Assembly (NCBI GenBank): GCA_002269645.1
Contig: NIVC01001500.1
Span: forward strand, 124,001 to 188,000
Source of the DNA: Macrostomum lignano
Lineage: Eukaryota
Direction of reading: 5' to 3'
DNA: 64,000 bases
Under the pieces are notes generated by a model. That model saw nothing but the letters and a program-made list of their open reading frames with translations, was not told the DNA's origin and did no database searches. This document shows, piece by piece, positions 38,533 to 50,500 of this stretch; positions within the stretch are counted from its first letter, which is position 1; every line of letters starts with the position of its first letter. Position numbers and translations under genes: made by a program.

Positions 38533-41500
38533 CCTAACTAACTACCTAGCTAACTAAGTAACTAACTAACTAACTACTCGTAACTAACTAACTGACTAAC
38601 TAACTAACTGAGTGACCGACCAACTAACTCAACTTACCGTCTCTTAAATATTTACTGAACTAAACTCTTGCACTCGCGTCTCCAGGACTCCCTGAAGCAC
38701 TGCCTAAGCGAATGGGCAGCCGTGGACCATCTGGTGTCCGCAGCGCACTCCATTGTACCAATTAGCAGTCGGTGTCCAACGCCAGTTGGAAAACTGTCTG
38801 ACAAAAGCGCTCCACTTCGCGGTATCTGCGCGTGCCTGTACGAAACGCCCGAGGTGAGACTTACTGAGTTACTCTGTTACCGCTGACAGTAACGTAACAT
38901 GTACGCGCGAGTTTTAAGTGCAGGAGGTCGCAACCCTAAGGGTCGCCAATATCTGGTTTATTATTGGGCTCCACCGAGTCTGTTGTTGGGCTCCACCGTG
39001 TCTGTTGTTGGGCTCCACCGTGTCTCTTGTTAGGCTCTCCACCCTGTCTCTTGTTAGGCTCCACCGTGTCGGCTGTTGGGCTCCACCCTATCTAGGCCTT
39101 CAAATAAATTGTCCATCGAAACCGAGTGTTCCGTCCTGATGCAACCGTAACTTCTGGAGGTTCTTTTCAACATGTTTGTCTCTATATTTTATATATTTCT
39201 AGAATAATTTTAAATTAACAAAACACCCTGGTGTCTAGGCTATAACGCTACATACCGATGGAAAGCATCTGTTAAAAAATTTTGATGCTGTATGTATCTA
39301 CTCGCTAATATCAATACTTACTCGCGTGTCGCTTCACCTCCATGAGTAGTATGTCTTGAGTATATTTCTGTCTTTAGAACTATCCGGTTTTTGGTAAATC
39401 AAGCTACGATTATTCAACTAAACAAAGCAGCTCACACGAGACTTTAATATAGAGAACCTTGCTATATATTAAAGGTTAAAGGTTAACAGTTTATAAACTC
39501 TACTTTATGCAGTTCGTCGTGGCGCAAGGCCAAGAGCTGACCATTCTAGACAACTCCGATCGACTGCAGTGGCGAGTCCGTCTGCTTGATGGCAACGAGG
39601 TGACGCTGCCATCTATAACAGTCTGGATTCCGCCGCGAGATGTTAGCTCTATTGATAGAGCCGTTAGGTAAGACTGACGGACTGTCTCTCAGGAAGATGC
39701 AATGTTAGGGGGGGGGGACAGCAGGTCTAACCGTGAGGTCCAACCCCCCCCCAAGACACAGAGAGTGTACATACCTGACGATTAGAAAGTCAGTGCCTTC
39801 GTATTGTGTATTGTGTATTGTGTATTGTGTTCAGTTGTCGAAGTCGTTGCGTCAGGGTGCGTTTCAAATATAGATTTACTTAAACTCACGTCAATCTGTA
39901 GACTCAAGCGTCAGTTATCGGATCAGTGGACTGCGTTAATTGTCAAGCTAAAGCGAGACACTGTGGCACATATTGCGCAACTGTTCACCGGGCTGCTGGA
40001 CAAACAGTCGGTTAGTTTGTCGATTATACGATTGTATGTGTATGGTCGGGTACATCACATCTTCTATCTTCTTCTATCTAATCTAAATATACTAAATCTC
40101 TAAGCTTTGTATGTTTGAATGCTTGCTTGTCCATAACGCTCTAGAGATTGCAATTCTTCACCGATTTTGATCGCGTTTTCGCCAAAACATTCAAAATTGT
40201 CTGGAAAGAAGACAGTTAAAATTTCTTTAATCTGCTTCAATGCTAAAGGGATTAAATATTCGAAAAACATGCTTTTTTGCAAAGGTCAAGCAGCTCTTTC
40301 GACTTGAAATGCGCTGTAAGAATGCTAGAGAAAAAACCGACTGACTGAATTCTGATTTTGATAAAGATTGCATCACAACAAGTTGAAAACACTGTGCCAA
40401 GTTGAAAGACAGAAATTGCGTAACCATATTGCTAACTTTAAATGAGACTGATGCTGACTGCCTGAGTATTTGATTATGTCATAGCTGCTTCGTGTGACTT
40501 TCACTCGAAGAGAATTTGTGTTAGTATTCGTGTAACGCTCTAGAGATCGAACCGATTGACCAATTTTAATCGCGTTTTCACGAAAAGATTTGTAATTATC
40601 TGGAAAGAAGACAATTAAAATTTCTTTAATTGGCTTTAATGCTAAAGGTATTAAATATTCGAAAAACGAGTTTTCCAAATGCTTTTAATGGTAGGGCAAA
40701 CTTTGAATTCTTGATTGGACTGGCTGAATTCCAATTCCAATTATGATTGCGCCATAACTTTTCTCTCTCCACTGTGTAAGCTTCAATACTGGTTGCAGTG
40801 TGCAAGGAGAAAAAATGCTCAGTGGCTGCGTGTGTACATTCTGACCCTGGCTCTGACTGGCGGACTCCATAGAAAATTGCTAGATTTCACTCAATCAACT
40901 GTGCATTGGCTCCGCCTGCACGCCTACACACTGAGCAGCCTATCACTGCTATGTATTTTAACTGCAGTTCTGAAGCATGGCTGATTTTGTTGTCCTCCCA
41001 TCAATAGGCGGAGTAGCCGCAGTGTAGGCACTTAGGACTAGGTTTAGGCTAGACTTAAGGTCCAAGGTTCGAGTCTGCCTCCCCGGCGGATAATAAAAAT
41101 TCAAATAATTCAATAATTTATAGCTTGTGCCTGGACTAATTGAAACATTTTTTATTTAATTTCAATTGAAACATTTTTTTATTAATTAGCAATTCATTTT
41201 TTGCTACTCGGCACAAGCCACTAATCAAATTTGATTTGTAAAAACTGCTTCGAGTATAACTGATCCCATCAATGGGTATTGTCTAGCTCCATAAAAGTAC
41301 GAAATTACTAAACTGCAGACAATGCTGCTAAATGCTGAGCTTTTCAAGACTGCCGATATGTATCGAAAATTGATTAGTGAGCCGTACAATTCTGAGCAAA
41401 TTGCAGTTTGCAGAGGAGACTGAGGAGCCGGCCGAGAGGAGAACTGCAGGCTGCTGAGAGAATGAATGAAAATCGTTAATGGTACAGTTGTAGACTGAAA

Positions 41501-44500
41501 ATGAAATGACTGCAGACTGCTGAGGGGAACTGCAGACTGTCGAAGGGATCATTGCAGATTGCAAAGGGGAAACAACTGCAAACTGCTGAGGTAGTTCCTC
41601 CAGACGTGTGAGCGTATAGCTGCAGACTGCTGAGAGGGAAAACTGCGGACTAATTAGAGGATAATGGCAGACTTCTGAGGCTTATAACTAACTATTGAGT
41701 TTTGAGTGGATATTTACTGTGGAAGATTAAGTACAAGTTGTTTAGGGGATTTCTGCGGCTGCTAAGTGAAATATTTTTGGCTAAGGGGACAATTCTATGC
41801 CGCTGAGGGTATGCATTCTTAATTTTAATAAAAGTTTTAAAATGCAAAGTGGATGATAAATGCCGGCTGCTAAGAAATAACTGCAGTCTTTTTGCGGGAT
41901 TAGATGAAGGGATAATTTCAGGTTGTTGTGGGGATAAATGCCGATTTCCGGGGGTTAACTTCAAACGGCTGAAGTTGCTAAACTAGATTATTTCGACCAC
42001 ATGTCAAAAGGCACAATAGCCGCAGTAGGCAGGCAGTATCAAGCAGAAGCAAACAGAATGCTTTGATGTCAGCAGTTCGAGCCTGCATTGAAGCAGCGAA
42101 TTTATCTTTGTGACCTGTGACAATAATGATTGCATCCTATGCAGATTCATGGAGATGTTAAACACTTAAATTTAAAGATACTTTTGCTGGGGCTGCGTTA
42201 GTCTTCTAGAGCAGTGCTAATCTGCTGTAAGTGCTAATTTGCAAAGGGTCTAATCTGGGTGAGCAGTGCTAATCTGACGTACAATGAATTAATAAATATG
42301 CAAGAGAATTGCAAATCAAATTTAAACTGCAAGTTGCAAACATTTCAAATGGCTTCGATTATTGAGAAGCATATGGAGATCAGTAGCCATCTGCTCCCAG
42401 ATTTTGCGGAACAGTGCCGGTGAACCATTGCTAAATTGCTGGTGAACCATCGCTAAAGTGATGGTAAACCATTGCTAAAGTGATGGTAAACCACTGTAAG
42501 TTTTTAAAAAATGCTACTTTAAACAGAAGAAAACTCAACACAAGAAAAAGCGACAAAAGAATCATCATGTCAACCATAAAAGAAGCGGTCTGTCGAGAAT
42601 AAAATACTCAATGTGAATTGCTAAGATGTCAAGGCTGGTATGGAAAATTTCTGTGATATCAAGACTCATGGGAGAATTTCTAAGATCTCAAGGCTCAGCG
42701 GTAATTGCTATAATGATGTGATTCTGGGAGAATCGCTTTGATTTCAAAGCTTAAGTTCAATTGCTGCGATGTCGATCTTAATGAGGGAATTTCTGAGATG
42801 TCAAGGCTTACTGGGGAATTATTGAGATTTCAAGGCTTACTGGGCCATGGGCCAGATCAAGGCCCATGAGAGAAATTCTGAGATGTCTTGTCAAGTCTCA
42901 GAGGGAAATTCCTATACTGATGTGATTCTGGGCAGAATTGCTTTGATTTCAAATTCCATTTGAGAAATTTCTGAGGTATCAAGGCTCATTAAAATTATTT
43001 GCTGTCAAGGCTCATGGAAATAATTTCTGGAATGCTGTGGCTCTTGAGGGAATTGCCGACATTGTTAGGGTAAGAGTAAGACGTAAACCATATAAATGAA
43101 TAGGCCTGTCTAACATTAAATACTCATTGGGGAATTGCTAAGTTGTAAAGGCTCGTGGGGGTATCCGAATTATAATGTGGCTCAATGCTCAGGGGATTGT
43201 TGTGATTGCAGTACCTGCTCATAATGCCGAAATTTTGTGGCTCAAATAGGAGTTGCTGAGATATCAAGGCTCATTGGGGAATAGCTGAGATTTCAAAGCT
43301 CACGGGGGATCCCTGTAATGCTGTAGGCTGTGACTCTTGGGTATTGCTGAGATGCTAAGGTTCACGGGGGAATGACTGAGATTTCAAAGGCTCCTAAAGC
43401 GAATAGCTGAAATTCACGAAATGTCAAGGTTCATTGGGTATTTGTTGAAATGCTGTGGTTTACGGTGGGAATTGCTGAAATGCTGTGACTTGGCAGGGTT
43501 AGTTTTCAACCATAAGACTCATGTGAAAGTGCCAAGATATCAAAAGGTTAGTCGCTAAAGTTTCATGCTCATGGGAAAATTGCTAAGATTTCAAAAGCTC
43601 ATTGGGGAATTGCTGAAATTCTTGGGCTGAGAGGGGGAGTTGCTGAAATGCTGTGACTCGGCTGCAGGTTAAGGGTTAGGGTTTGAGTTTAATTATAGAG
43701 CGATCGTCGTGTCAATCATAAATGATTCATCAAGGAATTTCAAAGATTAAAGGGGCGAATTAGTTATATGCTTTGGCTCTTAGGGAATTGCTGACAGTTC
43801 AAGGCTTTCGGTGAAATTCAGATTACAAACCTTATGAGGAAGTTACTTTAATGCTGAGGCTCAAGACTCATAGTGGAAATTGCTAACATGCCAAGACTCA
43901 CTTATGGGTAGGTTTGGGGGCTTAGGGTCAGTTTTGGTTCAATCATAGATTAACCGCTGTCAACAATCAATTAAAGACTTGCTAAGATATCAAAGCTCAT
44001 GGGGGTATAGCTGAGTTATCAAGGCTTATAAGGGGATTGCTGAATTCTTGGGAGAGGGGAGTTGGGTTGTTGGGATGTCAAGGCTATAATTACTGCGCTG
44101 GGAGAATTGCTACAATGTCGAGGCTTAATGGGGAAACTGCTGAGATGTCAAGTCCTACTAAGAATTGCTGAGATGTCAAGGCCTACTGAGACGTCAAGGC
44201 TTACTGGGGGAATTGCTGAGATGTCAAGGCTTACTGGGGGAATTGCTGAGATGTCAAGGCTTACTGGGGGAATTGCTGAGATGTCAAGGCTTACTGGGGG
44301 AATTGCTGAGATGTCAAGGCTTACTGGGGAATTGCTGAGATGTCAAGGCTTACTGGGGGAATTGCTGAGATGTCAAGGCTTACTGGGGGAATTGCTGAGA
44401 TCTCAAGCTTACTGGGGGAATTGCTGAGATGTCAAGGCTTACTGGGGGAATTGCTGAGATCTCAAGCTTACTGGGGGAATTGCTGAGATGTCAAGGCTTA

Positions 44501-47500
44501 CTGGGGGAATTGCTGAGATCTCCAAACTTACTGGGATAATTTCTGAGATCTCAAGGCTTACTGGGGGAATTCTGAGATGTCAAGGCTTACTGGGAATTGC
44601 TGAGATCTCAAGGCTTACTGGGGGAATTGCTGAGATGTCAAGGCTTACTGGGGAATTCCTCAGACATCAAGGCTTACTGGGGGTATTGCTGAGATGTCAA
44701 GGCTTACTGGGGGAATTGCTGAGATCTCAAGGCTTACTTAGGGAATTGCTGAGATGTCAAGGCTTACTGGGGGTATTGCTGAGATGTCAAGGCTTACTGG
44801 GGGAATTGCTGAGATCTTAAAACTTACTGGGATAATTTCTAAGATTTTAAGGCTTACTGGGGGAATTGCTGAGATGTCAAGGCTTACTGAGGGAATTGCT
44901 GAGATGTCAAGGCTTACTGGGGGAATTGCTGAGATCTCAAGGCTTACTGGGATAATTTCTGAGATCTCAAGACTTACTGTGGAAGTTGCTGAGATGTCAA
45001 GGCTCATGGATGATGGCTGAATTTTTTTTTGGGGGGGGGTGTTAGGTTGTTGGGCGATTGTCAGATAGTCGGGTAGTACGGCTCAAGTAGCTCATGTAAT
45101 TCAGATACTGAAAAAGTACACACAAGTGATGCTGATTTCTGCTAATAGGAAATACCAGCGCATTTAATCCTTTGCGCTGGTTTGATCCTTTGATTTAGGC
45201 TAATATAGAGAGAGGGTCTAAGGGCGTCAGGGATTTGCATATTGAGCTCCTGCTGCGGATCAGAATATGTCCCGGCCAGTGACGATATGCATCAAGAGTT
45301 TGTGCTTGAAAGGATAAGCACTATTTGCTGATTTAGAAAGGGTTTTGAGCTGATGAACGAAACTTTTTTGGCTAATAAAATTCGGATTGATGACAATTTA
45401 TTTCTGCCAAAATGAGAAAAGGTAATTTTTGATTATTGGAAATCAAAATTTTGGATGATTATAGTAAGGTTACTCTTGTGCCAAAATAAAAACCAATTGG
45501 TGTCATTTTCAAGGCTCCCCAGAGGGGGGCTAAATGGCTAGTCCTATATACTAAAAATGAGTTGTTTGTTTGTACGCAATCGATTAGAGAAAAAATGGCT
45601 GGACCGATTTTCTTCGAACTTGCACTGTTCGATCAGAAATTTTCCTGGGACGGTACATGCATCTTGGCTAAGAAATTGCTCCATGTTAAAGCGATTAAAT
45701 ATTCGAAAAACATGCTTTTTTGCAAAGGTCAAGCAAACTTTTCGACTTGAAATGCATTGTAAGAATGCTAGAGAAAAAACTGACTGGTTGAATTCTGATT
45801 CTGAAATGGATTACATCATAACTGAATTGTAACTCCGACTTGAATTGCGTCACAGTATTGAAAATGCAGTGTGGAAGCGTAGCACCAGACTTGATTTAGA
45901 TTGCGCAACAATATTGTTAACTGATACTGACTGACTGAGAAATTGATTATGTAATAACTGCCTCGTGTGATTTACTCTATGCTTGGAGTTTTGAAACTTA
46001 TAATTATAAGTGCTGAATTCATGTTATCAAAACGATGAGAGCTAGCCTAGAGGTAAACAGACTGAACTGCTAAATGCAGAAACGATGGTTCGAATTTTTA
46101 GAGAGTAGAGTTTTTTTAATTAAAGCTCTTTAACGCCAAGAAAACTAAAAAAATCATAAAAGCGTCATGTAAAAAATCATAGAAGCGTCATGTAAAAAAT
46201 CGTGGAAGTGTCATGTAAAAAATCGTGGAAGCATCATGTAAAAAGCATAGAAGCGTCATGTAAAAAATCATAGAAGCGTCATGTAAACAATCATAGAAGC
46301 GTCATGCAAACAATCATAGAAGCGTCATGTAAACAATCATAGAAGCGTCATGTAAACAATCATAGAAGCATCGTGTAAACAATCATAGAAGCGTCATGTA
46401 AACAATCATAGAAGCGTCATGCAAACAATCATAGAAGCGTCATGTAAACAATCATAGAAGCGTCATGTAAACAATCATAAAAGCATCGTGTAAACAATCA
46501 TAGAAGCGTCATGTAAAATATCGTAAGAGCGTAATATAAAAATCATAGAAGCGTCATTTAAAAAATCATAGAGGCGTCATATAAAAATCAAAAAAACGTC
46601 ATGTAAAAAATCATAGAAGCGTCATGTAAAAATCATAGAGGTGTCATGTAAAAATCATTGAAGCGTCCTGCAGAAATCGTAGAAGCGTCATGAAATAATC
46701 ATAGAAGCGTCATGTAAAAAATCATAGAAGCGTCATGTAAAAAATCATAGAAGCGTCATGTAAAAAATCATAGAAGCATCGTGTAAACAATCATAGAAGC
46801 GTCATGTAAAAAATCATAGAAGCGTCATGTAAAAAATCATAGAAGCGTCATATAAACAATCATAGAAGCGTCATGTAAACAATCATAGAAGCGTCATGTA
46901 AAAATCATAGAAGCGTCATGTAAAAATCATAGAAGCGTCATGTAAAAAATCATAGAAGCGTCATATAAAAATCAAAAAAACGTCATGTAAAAAATCATAG
47001 AAGCGTCATGTAAAAATCATAGAGGTGTCATGTAAAAATCATTGAAGCGTCCTGCAGAAATCGTAGAAGCGTCATGAAATAATCATAGAAGCGTCATGTA
47101 AAAAATCATAGAAGCGTCATGTAAAAAATCATAGAAGCGTCATGTAAAAAATCATAGAAGCATCGTGTAAACAATCATAGAAGCGTCATGTAAAAAATCA
47201 TAGAAGCGTCATGTAAAAAATCATAGAAGCGTCATATAAACAATCATAGAAGCGTCATGTAAACAATCATAGAAGCGTCATGTAAAAATCATAGAAGCGT
47301 CATGTAAAAATCATAGAAGCGTCATGTAAAAAATCATAGAAGCGTCATGTAAAAAATCATAGAAGCATCGTGTAAACAATCATAGAAGCGTCATGTAAAA
47401 TATCGTAAGAGCGTAATATAAAAATCATAGAAGCGTCATTTAAAAAATCATAGAGGCGTCATATAAAAATCAAAAAAACGTCATGTAAAAAATCATAGAA

Positions 47501-50500
47501 GCGTCATGTAAAAATCATAGAGGTGTCATGTAAAAATCATTGAAGCGTCCTGCAGAAATCGTAGAAGCGTCATGAAATAATCATAGAAGCGTCATGTAAA
47601 AATCATAGAAGCGTCATGTAAAAAATCATAGAAGCGTCATGTAAAAAATCATAGAAGCATCGTGTAAACAATCATAGAAGCGTCATGTAAAAAATCATAG
47701 AAGCGTCATGTAAAAAATCATAGAAGCGTCATATAAACAATCATAGAAGCGTCATGTAAACAATCATAGAAGCGTCATGTAAAAATCATAGAAGCGTCAT
47801 GTAAAAATCATAGAAGCGTCATGTAAAAAATCATAGAAGCGTCATATAAAAATCAAAAAAACGTCATGTAAAAAATCATAGAAGCGTCATGTAAAAATCA
47901 TAGAGGCGTCATGTAAAAATCATTGAAGCGTCCTGCAGAAATCGTAGAAGCGTCATGAAATAATCATAGAAGCGTCATGTAAAAATCATAGAAGCGTCAT
48001 GTAAAAAATCATAGAAGCGTCATGTAAAAAATCATAGAAGCATCGTGTAAACAATCATAGAAGCGTCATGTAAAAAATCATAGAAGCGTCATGTAAAAAA
48101 TCATAGAAGCGTCATATAAACAATCATAGAAGCGTCATGTAAAAAATCATAGAAGCATCGTGTAAACAATCATAGAAGCGTCATGTAAAAATCATAGAAG
48201 CGTCATGTAAAAAATCATAGAAGCGTCATCTAAAACATCATAAAAGCGTCATGTAAAAAATCGTAGAAGCGTCATTTAAAAAATCATAGAAGTGTCATGT
48301 AAAAAATCGTGGAAGCATCATGTAAAAAGCATAGAAGTGTCATGTAAAAAATCATAGAAGCGTCATGTAAACAATCATAGAAGCGTCATGTAAAAAATCG
48401 TGGAAGCATCATGTAAAAAGCATAGAAGTGTCATGTAAAAAATCATAGAAGCGTCATGTAAACAATCATAGAAGCGTCATGCAAACAATCATAGAAGCGT
48501 CATGTAAACAATCATAGAAGCTTCTTGTAAAAAATCGTAGAAGCGTCATGAAAAAATCATTAAAGCGTCATGTAAAAATCATAGAAGAGTCATGTAAAAA
48601 ATCGTAAGAGCGTAATATAAAAATCATAGAAGCGTCATTTAAAAAATCATAGAGGCGTCATATAAAAATCAAAAAACGTCATGTAAAAATCATAGAAGCG
48701 TCATGTAAACAATCATAGAAGCGTCATGTAAACAATCATAGAAGCGTCATGTAAAAAATCATAGAAGCGTCATGTAAACAATCATGGAAGCGTCATGTAA
48801 ACAATCATAGAAGCGTAATGTAAAAATCATAGTAGCGTCATGTAAAAAATCATAGAAGCGTCATGTAAAAAGCATAGAAGCGTCATATAAACAATCATAG
48901 AAGCGTCATGCAAACAATCATAGAAGCGTCATGTAAAAATCATAGAAGCGTCATGTAAAAATCATTGAAGCGTCCTGCAGAAATCGTAGAAGCGTCATGA
49001 AATAATCATAGAAGCGTCATGTAAAAAATCATAGAAGCGTCATGTAAAAAATCATAGAAGCATCGTGTAAACAATCATAGAAGCGTCATGTAAAAAATCA
49101 TAGAAGCGTCATGTAAAAAATCATAGAAGCGTCATGTAAACAATCATAGAAGCGTCATGTAAACAATCATAGAAGCGTCATGTAAAAATCATAGAAGCAT
49201 CGTGTAAACAATCATAGAAGCGTCATGTAAAAATCATAGAAGCGTCATGTAAACAATCATAGAAGCGTCATGTAAACAATCGTAGAAGCGCCATGTAAAC
49301 AATCATAGAAGCGCCATGTAAAAATCATAGAAGAGTCATGTAAAAAATCATAGAAGCGTCATGTAAACAATCATAGAAGCGTCATGTAAAAATCATAAAA
49401 GCGTTATGTAAACAATCATAGAAGCGTCATTTAAAAAATCATAGAAGCGTCATTTTAAAAATCATAGAAGCGTCATATAAACAATCATAGAAGCGTCATG
49501 TAAACAATCATAGAAGCGTCATGAAAAAATCATAGAAGCGTCATGTTAAAATCATAGAAGCGTCATGAAAAAATCATAGAAGCGTCATTTAAAAACTAAT
49601 GAAAGTGTCATTTAAAAAATTAAGAAGCATCATAGTAGAATAAAAGAAGCGTCATGTCAGACATGAAAGGTGTCATGGAAAAATTAAATGCAGCTATAAT
49701 GCTGTGCTGGGGAGAAAAACTGAGACGTCAAGGCTCTCAGAGAATAACTGAGATTACGGGGGGGGGTTTCTGAGATGTCAAAGCAAAAGTCAGAAGCTAA
49801 TTCAAAGTTCATGTACTTTACTCAATTTTTTTTATTGCATTCTTTGTTGGCTCGCCACGGGAGGCGCTGATAGAAGAAGAGTCATGTAAAAAATAAAAGT
49901 AGCACTATATATACATAAAAGAAAAGTCATGTCGAAGTTAAAAGATTCATTTGGGAATTGCTACGATGTCAAAGCTAGGTGGAAATCGTTATAGTGCTGT
50001 GATTCTTAAAGAAGGAATCACTAAAATGTCAAGGCTTGGGGGAGAAGAATTGCTGAGATTTCAAGGCTTTATGTTGGGTTAAAGTTAGGTTTAGGTCAGG
50101 TGTGGGTTGAGGGTTATATTTTATCGAGTTTCAAGGTTAGCAGGGGATTTTTCAGATTTCAAGGTTTATGGGCGCCATCGCTGACATGTTAAGGCTTACG
50201 GGGGGAATAGCTGAGATGTCAAGGCTCACGGGGGTATAAATGAGATTTCAAGGCTAAAGTCAGAAGCTACATGTAGTTTATTGAAAACTTTTTATTACAT
50301 TATTTGATGCCTCCTCAGGGGAGGGATCGCTGATTAAAAAAGCGTAATGTAAAAAATAAAAGAAGCTTCATGTCGAAGTTAAGATATTCATTTGGGAATC
50401 CCTACGATGTCGAGGCTTGCAGGGAATCGCTATAATGCTGTAGTAGTGCTATAATGACTCTTAGAGAGAATTACTGAAATTTCAATGCTTTAGGGTTAGG

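Noticed and set aside
41005-41095. True tRNA gene (also considered for the SINE heads at 28720 and 62721)
   Set aside because: Only A and B boxes are retained, with no complete cloverleaf, and the heads continue into SINE bodies.
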